Sequence record: SRR31156797_4835
Length of the DNA: 42,479 nt
Strand: one strand, 5' to 3'
Positions 1 to 8,830 of this stretch are shown in pieces (the first letter of the stretch is position 1; each line of letters begins with the position of its first letter). The notes under the pieces are model-generated. The model was not told where the DNA came from. It saw only the letters and a list, made by a program, of their open reading frames with translations, and made no database searches. The translations under genes were made by a program, and so were the position numbers.

Positions 1-954
1 CCGGGCACCGGCCTTTCCTGCCGGGATTTCCACGGTAACGTTGTGTCCGGTGGGGTTGGGAAAAATGTGGATGCCTGTGTTTTGCCCGGGTTCGGATTCA
101 GGGGTGGTGACCATCAGATCGTCGCAGTCCACCTCGGTAAACTGGAGCTGGCCCTGGTTGTTGAGCGTGCCACGCCAGCAATTGCCATCAGGCGATTTCA
201 TCACAATGCCGTGGTCGATGTCTTCGATAAAGATGTCGCCTTCTTTAACGTGGACTTTGGCCTGCGGGTCGTCGGTGCCGATGCCGAGCTCTCCTTCATT
301 AAACACATAGTTATCATTGGTTAGAAACTCGAGATTGCTGTCAAACTTTTTCAATCCAAAGTTTTTGGTTCCCAGCCACAGATATGCAGAACGATCTTCA
401 TCAAATCCTTGTATATAAACACTTGCGGTATCATAATTTTCATCTTCGCGGATGTGGAGCTTGGCTTGTGGGGAAGTTACATTGCCAATGCCTATGCGGC
501 CGGTGTAGCCAATACCTATCGCTGATTGTATAAAAAACGTTGGTAAATCTGAGTTTATGCCCATCATTATTGAGTAATCAACATCATTAACCAGTGGATG
601 TGTTAATTGGCCATGTCCCAAAATAATAGATTTATTTCCATCTGAAATGGTATAGGACCCCAAGGTTATTGAACCAGTATATTTTGCTTTTGAAAGGGCT
701 CCAAAGGCCAGTGAGTAATTCCCTAAGGCGTTCGCATCATTCCCAAAAGCAAAAGAGTACTGACCCTCAGAATTAGAGTTATACCCACCCGAAAATGAAC
801 AATACCCGGTGGCTGTGTCTGATAGTCCGATTGTACTGGCATACTCTCCTGTAGTAACCGAAGTGCTATCACACTGCACACACTGTGCTTTTAAAATTTG
901 AATCCAGCAAAATACCATGCTGAAAATGAAAAGGGTTGTGGTGAATTTTTTCAT
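1..954 (-). CDS. T9SS type-A sorting domain protein with YadA-head-like (Hep/Hag) repeats and tail-fibre-like GIGT/GIGN repeats; 3' end runs off the window
   Basis: Not in the ORF track (no stop in window). Manual translation from ATG at 954 is open to base 1: MKKFTTTLFIFSMVFCWIQILKAQ (signal peptide), then 14-aa repeats GEYASTIG/GYCSFSGG/GQYSFAFG/GNYSLAFG, GRIGIGNVTSPQAKLHI, GELGIGTDDPQAKVHV, and IHIFPNPT marking the start of a T9SS CTD. Confidence 0.8.
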   Translation of the reverse strand, partial: MKKFTTTLFIFSMVFCWIQILKAQCVQCDSTSVTTGEYASTIGLSDTATGYCSFSGGYNSNSEGQYSFAFGNDANALGNYSLAFGALSKAKYTGSITLGSYTISDGNKSIILGHGQLTHPLVNDVDYSIMMGINSDLPTFFIQSAIGIGYTGRIGIGNVTSPQAKLHIREDENYDTASVYIQGFDEDRSAYLWLGTKNFGLKKFDSNLEFLTNDNYVFNEGELGIGTDDPQAKVHVKEGDIFIEDIDHGIVMKSPDGNCWRGTLNNQGQLQFTEVDCDDLMVTTPESEPGQNTGIHIFPNPTGHNVTVEIPAGKAGAR

Positions 955-1074
955 TTTAATTGAGTTTTAGTGATTAATCGGTTTATTATTAAAAGAAACT
1001 TTCATCGAATCTGATTTTGGGCTTACAGGTTTCTTTTCGGGTTCAAATCGGGGCAACTTTTTTGTAAGCAGAAA

Positions 1075-1106
1075 CAAATCTACAAAAGAAATAACCAAAA
1101 AGTCAA
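1075..1106 (-). promoter_or_regulatory. Bacteroidota sigmaA-type promoter for the 1..954 gene
   Basis: Minus strand reads TTG (1106-1104), 21 nt, TAGATTTG (1082-1075), matching the -33 TTG / -7 TAnnTTTG consensus. Confidence 0.55.
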
Positions 1107-1261
1107 GCATTTTAACCTTATAAATAATCCACCAGCCTGTATTATTATCTTTTGTGTTTTCGGGGAGGTTTGGATATCAATAAATTACCTTATTATTTAG
1201 AATGGTCGTGAATTTTACGCATGTAAAATAATTTTACACAAAGGGGTGCTGGTATTATCAT

Positions 1262-1369
1262 TGTCTCCTCCTTCGCGTAAGTCCCTCAAGTCTCTTCGTT
1301 CGCTTAAGTCGCTCAGTTCGCCTACTTCGCCTCCTTCTCTTAAGTCTCTTCCTTCGCTTAGTTCTCCAC
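1262..1369. repeat. Degenerate 9-bp tandem repeat, about 12 units (NNTCNCNNN), pyrimidine-rich
   Basis: Units read directly: tgtctcctc cttcgcgta agtccctca agtctcttc gttcgctta agtcgctca gttcgccta cttcgcctc cttctctta agtctcttc cttcgctta gttctccac. Confidence 0.85.
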
Positions 1370-1385
1370 TTCTCTCCTATAATTC

Positions 1386-1393
1386 TATATTTG
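1386..1393 (+). promoter_or_regulatory. -7 promoter element (TATATTTG) of tyrS
   Basis: Matches TAnnTTTG, 17 nt upstream of the ATG at 1411. Confidence 0.55.
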
Positions 1394-1410
1394 CAAAAAT
1401 TTTTCCGGAT

Positions 1411-2703
1411 ATGAAATTTATTGATGAGATGAAATGGCGCGGGATGGTACATGATATGACCCCCGGCCTTGATGAACAGTTGGATAAAGAAATGACCTCC
1501 GCCTACGTGGGCATCGACCCGACTGCGGATTCGCTGCACATTGGCCACCTTGTTTCGGTGATGATGCTGAAACATTTCCAGGTGCACGGCCACAAGCCCA
1601 TCGTGCTGATTGGCGGAGCAACAGGCATGATTGGTGACCCATCAGGAAAATCCAAAGAGCGTAACCTGCTGGATGAACCTACCCTGAGGCATAACCAAAA
1701 CGCCATTAAGGACCAGCTTGCTAAATTCCTGGATTTTGGTGAAGACAGTAAAAACGGAGCTGTGCTGGTGAATAATTACGACTGGATGAAAGAGTACAGC
1801 TTTCTCCGGTTTATCCGCGAAATAGGGAAGCACCTCACCGTAAACTATATGATGTCCAAAGATTCGGTAAAGTCACGCCTCAGCGCCGAATCAAACGAGG
1901 GTATGTCGTTCACCGAGTTTTCATATCAGTTGGTTCAGGGCACTGACTTCCTTACGCTTTACCAGGATCACAACTGTAAACTTCAGATGGGCGGCTCCGA
2001 CCAGTGGGGAAATATTGTTACCGGCACAGAACTGATCCGCCGCAAGCTGGGCCACGAGCAAAACGCTTTTGCGCTTACCTGTCCGTTGATCACCAAAGCC
2101 GATGGCACAAAGTTCGGGAAAACGGAAACCGGAAATGTTTGGCTCGATCCCGAGAAAACATCCCCTTATTCTTTTTACCAATTCTGGATCAATACTTCGG
2201 ATGAAGATGCCGAAAGATACATCAAGATTTTTACACTTTTGGGTAAAGAAGAAACCGAAGCACTCGTTGAACGCCACAAAGCGCAACCCCACATGCGCGA
2301 ACTCCAGAAAGTGCTGGCCAAAGAGGTAACCATCTTGATACACTCCGAAAAAGACTATGAAGATGCGCTGAAAGCTTCTGAAATTCTTTTTGGAAAAGCC
2401 ACAGCCGAAGACCTTGAATCTTTGGGTGAAAAAATGCTCGGTGGTATCGCTCAAACTCTTCCTTTAAGCAAAATAGCAGCAAATAAGCTGAAAGAAGGCA
2501 TGCCTATCGTTGACTTTGTAGAGGAAAACGGTATAGCCGGCTCCAAACGCGAGGCCAGGGAATTCGTGAAAAACAACGCCATCTCCATCAATAAAGAAAA
2601 AGTTGGAAACGGATTTACAGTTACCACGGGCACCCTGCTTTTCGGAAAATACCTCCTGGCGCAACGTGGCAAGAAAAAATATTACATGGTGGTTGCTGAA
2701 TAA
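1411..2703 (+). CDS. tyrS: Tyrosine--tRNA ligase
   Basis: [15 protein letters not shown] (HIGH), [17 protein letters not shown] (KMSKS equivalent) and C-terminal S4-like RGKKKY. The start is placed at ATG 1411; the ORF-track extension from 1246 only translates the repeat tract. Confidence 0.97.
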   Translation: MKFIDEMKWRGMVHDMTPGLDEQLDKEMTSAYVGIDPTADSLHIGHLVSVMMLKHFQVHGHKPIVLIGGATGMIGDPSGKSKERNLLDEPTLRHNQNAIKDQLAKFLDFGEDSKNGAVLVNNYDWMKEYSFLRFIREIGKHLTVNYMMSKDSVKSRLSAESNEGMSFTEFSYQLVQGTDFLTLYQDHNCKLQMGGSDQWGNIVTGTELIRRKLGHEQNAFALTCPLITKADGTKFGKTETGNVWLDPEKTSPYSFYQFWINTSDEDAERYIKIFTLLGKEETEALVERHKAQPHMRELQKVLAKEVTILIHSEKDYEDALKASEILFGKATAEDLESLGEKMLGGIAQTLPLSKIAANKLKEGMPIVDFVEENGIAGSKREAREFVKNNAISINKEKVGNGFTVTTGTLLFGKYLLAQRGKKKYYMVVAE

Positions 2704-2714
2704 CGCACTTCAAA

Positions 2715-3515
2715 TTGAAACATTTACTTGTGCCCGTTGATTTTTCTGAGGTTACGCCTACTGTAACAGATATGGCTGCTAAACTTGCCGGTATCTTGCA
2801 GGGCCAAATTACCTTTTTGCATGTAAAGCACATCAAATCCTCGTCGGATGTGGATCAGCAGCTTCAACAACTTACAAAATCTGTTTCGGAAAAACATGGG
2901 ATAGATTGTTCATCTCAAACCAGGGAAGGCAGCATTTTTGCTGAAGTCAGAGCTGAAGCCACAACAGGAAACTACGATTTGGTAGTGATTGGGTCCCACG
3001 GATTTAAAGGAATTCGCGAAGTGATGTTTGGGTCAGACATCCTAAAATTATTGAAGCTGATACCCGTTCCAACAATTACAGTTTTGAAAGGATATGTGTT
3101 GCCGGATGAAGGATTCAGGAAAATAGTGTTGCCTGTTGCCTCACACAAAACTTTTCATCTGCTAATCGATTCCGTAATCCTGCTTGCAAAAACTTTCAAC
3201 TCAGAAATTCACCTGTATGCGGTTGAAAAACCCGAAATCAAATGGACCGACCAATTGATTTCAAATATTGCCAATGCAGAATCAGCCTTTAAAAATGCAT
3301 CGGTAAATTACATTCGGGTCACAGAAAAGCAATCTTCATTTTCGCTTGGTTATTCAAAACAAACCCTGAACTATGCCAGCTCAAATAAAACCGACCTTAT
3401 AGCCCTGATGGCCGTACCGGCCAAAGAACACTTTTATTTTGCTGATGGTGATAAAGAGCAAATAATTACCAACAAATCATTGATCCCGGTAATTAGTACC
3501 AGTGATCGTATTTAA
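2715..3515 (+). CDS. Universal stress protein (tandem USP domains)
   Basis: KHLLVPVDFS, DLVVIGSHG...FGS and a second KIVLPV repeat; TTG start 11 nt after the tyrS stop. Confidence 0.9.
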   Translation: MKHLLVPVDFSEVTPTVTDMAAKLAGILQGQITFLHVKHIKSSSDVDQQLQQLTKSVSEKHGIDCSSQTREGSIFAEVRAEATTGNYDLVVIGSHGFKGIREVMFGSDILKLLKLIPVPTITVLKGYVLPDEGFRKIVLPVASHKTFHLLIDSVILLAKTFNSEIHLYAVEKPEIKWTDQLISNIANAESAFKNASVNYIRVTEKQSSFSLGYSKQTLNYASSNKTDLIALMAVPAKEHFYFADGDKEQIITNKSLIPVISTSDRI

Positions 3516-3681
3516 GCCGTTGCCTTTTTTTTTACTACCTAAACCTCAGAATGGTAAATAAAATTTGCATGTTGCCACCCACTTTTTGTACTTTTGAGCA
3601 ATGGATTAATTTACAGGAAATTGAGACGATGGTATCAAAAATCAAAATCCGGTTGTTTCCTGTCAAAAACCAAAATTTAGC

Positions 3682-4356
3682 ATGAAAGTTAATAGTTTCC
3701 TGGTGATAATTTATCTGGCCTTTCCTGTATTTATGATTGCACAGACTGATTGTAAAGTACTGATGCCGGAGATCGACAGCATTTATGATGGTAAATGTAA
3801 AAAAGGCCTGGCACACGGTAAAGGCTTTGCGAAAGGTGTGGACACATATGAAGGAAAGTTTAAAAAAGGCTGGCCGGATGGAAAGGGCACATACACCTGG
3901 AAAACCGGGGAAGTTTATGAAGGTGATTTTGAGGAAGGCGTAAAAGAAGGCGAGGGGAAATACACCTATCAAATCAACGGAAGAGATACAAGCCTTGTTG
4001 GTATCTGGAAAGAGGATGTTTATCTTGGCCCCAGGCCTAAAAATCCCAAAGTGAAACAATCGGTGAGTGTAGACAGGTATAACTTTCGAAAAAATTCAGA
4101 CGTTCAAAACCGGGTACTCATCGATTTTTATCAGAACGGGGGACGGAATCAGGGAATTACGGATCTGTTGATTACAGCTGACGGTGGATATGAGTTTAAT
4201 TTGGGCCATTCCAAAGGTTTCAAAGACATGACCTTTCCGGTTACAGTCCTGGTAAAATATACCACCCCAAATAAGTTGCAAACGCGGAAAGTTTACTGCA
4301 TTTTCGAGTTTATTATATACGAGCCGGGCGATTGGCGGGTAGAATTGTTTAATTAA
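3682..4356 (+). CDS. Secreted MORN-repeat protein
   Basis: Signal peptide followed by YDGKCKKGLAHGKG, YEGKFKKGWPDGKG and YEGDFEEGVKEGEG; TACTTTTG -7 element at 3589-3596. Confidence 0.8.
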   Translation: MKVNSFLVIIYLAFPVFMIAQTDCKVLMPEIDSIYDGKCKKGLAHGKGFAKGVDTYEGKFKKGWPDGKGTYTWKTGEVYEGDFEEGVKEGEGKYTYQINGRDTSLVGIWKEDVYLGPRPKNPKVKQSVSVDRYNFRKNSDVQNRVLIDFYQNGGRNQGITDLLITADGGYEFNLGHSKGFKDMTFPVTVLVKYTTPNKLQTRKVYCIFEFIIYEPGDWRVELFN

Positions 4357-4370
4357 TATCGCCTGATAAT

Positions 4371-5150
4371 CTATTTCCCGCTCAGCCATCGTTTAAAAGC
4401 CCCTGACCTTTCGGCGCTGGAAACAAAATCCACGGAGATCGGCTTTTTCAGGGTCATATGAACCCGTGATTTCGAGTACGTTTCCATCTCGTCTATAGCA
4501 TCATAATTTACGATTGCTCCGCGATTTACACGGAAAAACTTTTCAGGATTAATCACTTCTTCAAGATTATCCAGCCGGTCATCAATCGGGTAACGATCAT
4601 TCCTGAAAGTGTGGAGATAAACCGCTTTATCTTCGGTATAAAAACAAGCCACATCTTTGATTTCAATGGATTTAAGTTTTTGCCCGAATCGCACCAGGAT
4701 GCGTGTTTGCAATGGTTGCTTTTTGCCGGAGATCACATCGGCAAGCTTGCCATAATCAACCGCAGGTATTTCTTCAGCCTGACCGGTCAAGGAACTCCTG
4801 AACTTATCGATCGCATTTTTTAGTTCATCCCGGTTTACTGGCTTCAGGAGGTAATCTACACTGTTAACTTTAAATGCCTGGATGGCGTAATTGTCGTAGG
4901 CAGTGGTAAAGATCACCGGGGCATCTACCTCAGCTTTTTCAAAAATTTCAAAACTGATACCGTCAGCAAGGTGGATGTCCATGAAAATGAGATCGGGCAT
5001 TTTATTTTCGCTAAACCAGACTACTGCATCTTCAACAGCATCAATCTCATCGAGAATTTCAAAATCCGGGGCAACCTCACTCAGCAACTTTATGAGCCTT
5101 TTGGCTACTGCCTTTTCATCTTCAATTATCAGTGTTTTCATGGTGGTCAT
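4371..5150 (-). CDS. LytTR-family two-component response regulator
   Basis: Receiver domain (IIEDE, LIFMDIHL, VIFTTAY, DYLLKP) plus LytTR motif FFRVNRGAIVN. Confidence 0.93.
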   Translation of the reverse strand: MTTMKTLIIEDEKAVAKRLIKLLSEVAPDFEILDEIDAVEDAVVWFSENKMPDLIFMDIHLADGISFEIFEKAEVDAPVIFTTAYDNYAIQAFKVNSVDYLLKPVNRDELKNAIDKFRSSLTGQAEEIPAVDYGKLADVISGKKQPLQTRILVRFGQKLKSIEIKDVACFYTEDKAVYLHTFRNDRYPIDDRLDNLEEVINPEKFFRVNRGAIVNYDAIDEMETYSKSRVHMTLKKPISVDFVSSAERSGAFKRWLSGK

Positions 5151-5160
5151 GATTTAAAGG

Positions 5161-8058
5161 TTAAAACATTTCATTCCTGATCAATGGGAGCCGCACCACA
5201 AATTTACCTGATTCGGATTTAATCTCAACCATGCTTTCACTGATCATTCCATACCTGTGTTTGATGGTTTTTAAGCCAAAACCCGTAGAACTTTCCACGA
5301 AGTTTTTGGGTTGCAGATTATTGGAGATAATCAAAAATCCAGCTGCTGATTCAACAGAAATATGAAGCGGTTTTAATATGGAAATGATATTATGTTTAAT
5401 GGCATTTTCGATGAGTAACTGGAGGGTGAGTGGTGGAATGTGTGTATTACGGTCATCGTCATCAACGGAAATATCAACCACCAGGTTTTCGCCATAACGG
5501 CTCTTTTGAAGATAGATATAGTTTTCGGCAATCCGGAGTTCCTCTTCCAGCATAATTAAATTTTTATCCCGCAATTCAAGGATATTCCTGAAAAACCCCG
5601 AAAGTTTTTCCACGTATTCCAGGGCCTGGTCTTTGTCCTCTTCAATAGACGTCATCAGTGTGCTAAAACTGTTAAACAAAAAATGCGGATTCACCTGTGA
5701 GCGCAGTGTTTCGAACTGGTACCGGATTTTTTCCTGCTGCATGGCGTTTATTCGCTCCAGGCGTTGCATCCTTACCTTAAAAATCAACCAGATTGAAAGA
5801 CCAACCAGTATGGCAAGAACCAGGTAAAACCAGATGGTAGACCAAAATGGCCTTAGAATGGTAAAGCTATAGGTAACTGCTTTTGCGCTTTTAAAATTTC
5901 CGTTTGCTGCAGCCTCCACAATAAATGTGTAATCTCCCGGTGATAATCGCGAATAAGTAATCTGCCTGTCGCCGGTACCAATCCAATCCATGTCGTTGCC
6001 TGTCAACTTAACGCGATATGTAACTGCATCAGGCTGCTGATACCACAGGCCGGTAAATTGAAATGTGAAATAGTTTTGTTCATAATCGAAAATGTGCTGA
6101 TCATGGAAATCCACAGGTTCAAACAAAACATTTACAGATGTAATTACAGGTAATGGTGAATTATCTGCCTTTTGGGGTACGGGCAAATATTTAATCAGCC
6201 CATTATCTGTCCCGATCCATATGGAGCCATCCAGGCTTTTTGTGGTTGAGTTGAACTCCGGATCAATAGGCAGCACGCCATAATTTTCACCATAAAAGGT
6301 TGCTGAGCCTGAATTGATGTTATAGCGGGTAATTCCATTTTCATGTACGATGATCAGGTTATCATTTTTGTCAGCCTGGAGTGCAGAAATGGTAAAATTG
6401 CCCGCCAGTCCTGCGTTGATCTCTACAAATTTGCCATTATCAAAATGGAAAACTTTATTGTCGTGGGTGGCACACCAAATTCCGCCATTTTTATTTTCGG
6501 TGATTGTGTATACTTTTTCGCTGGTCAGGCCCGATTCCAACCCGTAATTTGTAAATTGTCCATCCTCAAAAACGGTAATTCCAGTGCCATCGGTGGCAAA
6601 CCAAACCCGGTTTTTTCGATCCGAAATCACACAATAAATAAAATTGTTTCCTAATCCACCTGTTTTGTCGAAACCCTGAAATTGGATGCGCTCACTTCCG
6701 GAATCCAATTGAGCACGTGAGGCACCACCCAGTGTAGCAAACCAAATTTCATGTGCACCGGAAGAGATGGATAAAATATTGTCGTTTATAAATCCATTCT
6801 GGCTATTGAAAATCTTTCCGGTTTTAAATCCGGGGTTAAGCCGGTAAAGCCCTTCACCAAAAGTACCCACCCAAACATATCCATTGGGGTCCTGATGCAG
6901 GCAGGTAATATCACGATAGGAAATTGACGCAGGTAGATCGATTTTTTGTGATGTTGCATTTGCTGAAAAATCGTCAGCATGCCTGAAAAGTCCGTTTTCA
7001 GCAGCATACCAGATAAAACCTTCGCTATCTGTCATCAAGGCATGAACATCCTTAAGCGCATTGGTTTTATTGCCATAAACAAATTCGAAATTCATGGATG
7101 GAACGTGAACAATTTTATTTCCCGACCAGGCCATCAGATCGCCGGATTGTAACTGTGTCAAACCATTAAACCTTGACATCTGTAAATCACCAAAATTCCT
7201 GAATTGCATCGTTTTACGGGATGATGTGTCAAATTTGAGTAATCCTGAATTTCTGGTTGTTAACCAGACTTCTGATTTGAGGGGCAGTATTCCTGTAACC
7301 GGCCCATAATTCCATTCCTTCCCGGTTGTTGAAAATAGTATGCTGTGATTTTCCGGATCAATACAGCAGAACCCACCGTCGTATCCACCAGCCCAAAGGT
7401 TTCCACTTTTATCCGTTTCAAGTTGCTGGATCATCACATCGGGTAGGTCGTCGGCCATCGTTAACAGTTCGAAGTCAACATCAGTGTCGTTTATCCGGAT
7501 AATTTGGATTCCTGCATCAGAGGCCGCCCAAAGCTTTTTGTTGGTGAAAATCAGATCGTAAACATAATTATCAACCACGTCCGAATTTTCAGCCATCAGC
7601 ATCAGGGTGTCGTTTCCGCGGATCCTGCCCAGCCCGGAGCCATAATCTGCAAACCAGATATCATCATCATGCGTTTCGATCACAGAAGACATCCTTTCAT
7701 TGGTTGATGCATCCCGGATTTTTATAGCGGTGACTGAGATGTTTTGTTTTCTGAAAATCTCACCGGATTTACATCCCACAATAACCTCACCAGCCATGTT
7801 TTTGCTAAGCGAAGAAATTTCAGTACTAATTTCGTCGATACGCATAAAATTAAATCCATCGTAATATAAAAGCCCACAACTTGTTCCTACCCAAATCATC
7901 CCGGATCCATCCTGAATCATGGTATTGATTTTACAATCGTTAAACGCCGGCGGTAATTCAATAACTTTGAAATGAGGAGCCTGTGCGTAGAGCCTGATAG
8001 TTAGGATCAGGATGAAAAAAAACAGTGTGTAGCGTAATTGGTGTTTCAGGCCTGGCAT
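5161..8058 (-). CDS. LytS-type sensor histidine kinase with periplasmic beta-propeller (Reg_prop) and Y_Y_Y domains
   Basis: Repeated DxxGxxWxGT/WFAT motifs, YSRLSPGDYTF, a TM helix, then SQVNPHFLFNS and LQLLIENAIKHN. Confidence 0.92.
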   Translation of the reverse strand: MPGLKHQLRYTLFFFILILTIRLYAQAPHFKVIELPPAFNDCKINTMIQDGSGMIWVGTSCGLLYYDGFNFMRIDEISTEISSLSKNMAGEVIVGCKSGEIFRKQNISVTAIKIRDASTNERMSSVIETHDDDIWFADYGSGLGRIRGNDTLMLMAENSDVVDNYVYDLIFTNKKLWAASDAGIQIIRINDTDVDFELLTMADDLPDVMIQQLETDKSGNLWAGGYDGGFCCIDPENHSILFSTTGKEWNYGPVTGILPLKSEVWLTTRNSGLLKFDTSSRKTMQFRNFGDLQMSRFNGLTQLQSGDLMAWSGNKIVHVPSMNFEFVYGNKTNALKDVHALMTDSEGFIWYAAENGLFRHADDFSANATSQKIDLPASISYRDITCLHQDPNGYVWVGTFGEGLYRLNPGFKTGKIFNSQNGFINDNILSISSGAHEIWFATLGGASRAQLDSGSERIQFQGFDKTGGLGNNFIYCVISDRKNRVWFATDGTGITVFEDGQFTNYGLESGLTSEKVYTITENKNGGIWCATHDNKVFHFDNGKFVEINAGLAGNFTISALQADKNDNLIIVHENGITRYNINSGSATFYGENYGVLPIDPEFNSTTKSLDGSIWIGTDNGLIKYLPVPQKADNSPLPVITSVNVLFEPVDFHDQHIFDYEQNYFTFQFTGLWYQQPDAVTYRVKLTGNDMDWIGTGDRQITYSRLSPGDYTFIVEAAANGNFKSAKAVTYSFTILRPFWSTIWFYLVLAILVGLSIWLIFKVRMQRLERINAMQQEKIRYQFETLRSQVNPHFLFNSFSTLMTSIEEDKDQALEYVEKLSGFFRNILELRDKNLIMLEEELRIAENYIYLQKSRYGENLVVDISVDDDDRNTHIPPLTLQLLIENAIKHNIISILKPLHISVESAAGFLIISNNLQPKNFVESSTGFGLKTIKHRYGMISESMVEIKSESGKFVVRLPLIRNEMF

Positions 8059-8063
8059 GAGCT

Positions 8064-8621
8064 TTATTTTTTAAGCCTGAATTCTACATCTATATTCACA
8101 TCGACGGTTTCAGCAATCTTCTGAAAAACCATTTTGGGGATGGTAATGTTGTGGTCCTCCAGCATAACCTGGAATGAAGCATTGGCCATGATCTTTTTGT
8201 CATCAATTTTAAGATTGACCCGGATGACCCTTTCCTGTTCAACACCATGTATTTCGAGCGTGCCTTTTGCCCTTACGGAATGTTCGCCGGGCGACATTAA
8301 ATCAATAGACTCGATGACTTTTCCTTTGAATCGGGCATTGGGAAATTTCCTGGTTTCGATATAGTTTTCGTAGAAATGCTCCTGCTGTAGTGGACTGTTG
8401 AAACCTTTGAACGACCGGGTTTTCATTGTGAAAGCAAAGGTGCGGTCATCCGGCCGGAGCAAACCGTGTAATTCATCACTAGAGGCTTTTATGATCTCTA
8501 ATGGGGCATCCGAAACAAAGTTGACCTCTCCCCGTGTGGTTTCTAAAATCACAGGATCATTCTCCTGGGCAGCGCAAAATTGAAATAAAATTTGGACTAT
8601 AAGAATTAGTGTTACTCGCAT
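8064..8621 (-). CDS. YceI-family (lipid/polyisoprenoid-binding) periplasmic protein
   Basis: Signal peptide; LQQEHFYENYIETRKFPNARF, GTLEIHGVEQE; 5-nt gap to the kinase gene. Confidence 0.85.
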   Translation of the reverse strand: MRVTLILIVQILFQFCAAQENDPVILETTRGEVNFVSDAPLEIIKASSDELHGLLRPDDRTFAFTMKTRSFKGFNSPLQQEHFYENYIETRKFPNARFKGKVIESIDLMSPGEHSVRAKGTLEIHGVEQERVIRVNLKIDDKKIMANASFQVMLEDHNITIPKMVFQKIAETVDVNIDVEFRLKK

Positions 8622-8830
8622 AGTGCATTATTAAACCGGTTAAAATAAACAAGTAATTTATAAAATGGTTCTGCGAATTTTTATAGGTGTTACTTCAGTC
8701 TTATTTTTTGTATTCAATACAATATGGCCACCAACAATTCGGGCTCAAATGCAAACAATTAATTATAAATTCGATAAACACCTTAGCACGTGTATCGGCA
8801 GGCCAAATAGAACCTGCAAAAATGTAACGA

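Noticed and set aside
41-324. Plus-strand ORFs 41..310 and 43..324
   Set aside because: They are antisense shadows of the real minus-strand gene 954..<1.
1246-1410. 55-aa N-terminal extension of TyrS in the ORF track
   Set aside because: It is the translation of the 9-bp repeat; a -7 promoter element at 1386-1393 lies inside it and TyrS homology starts at ATG 1411.
3613-3663. Possible leader hairpins (acaggaaa...tttcctgt here; gcttaca...tgtaagc at 1021-1069)
   Set aside because: Only 7-8-bp stems with ~35-nt loops and no recognisable RNA motif; not supportable without covariation data.
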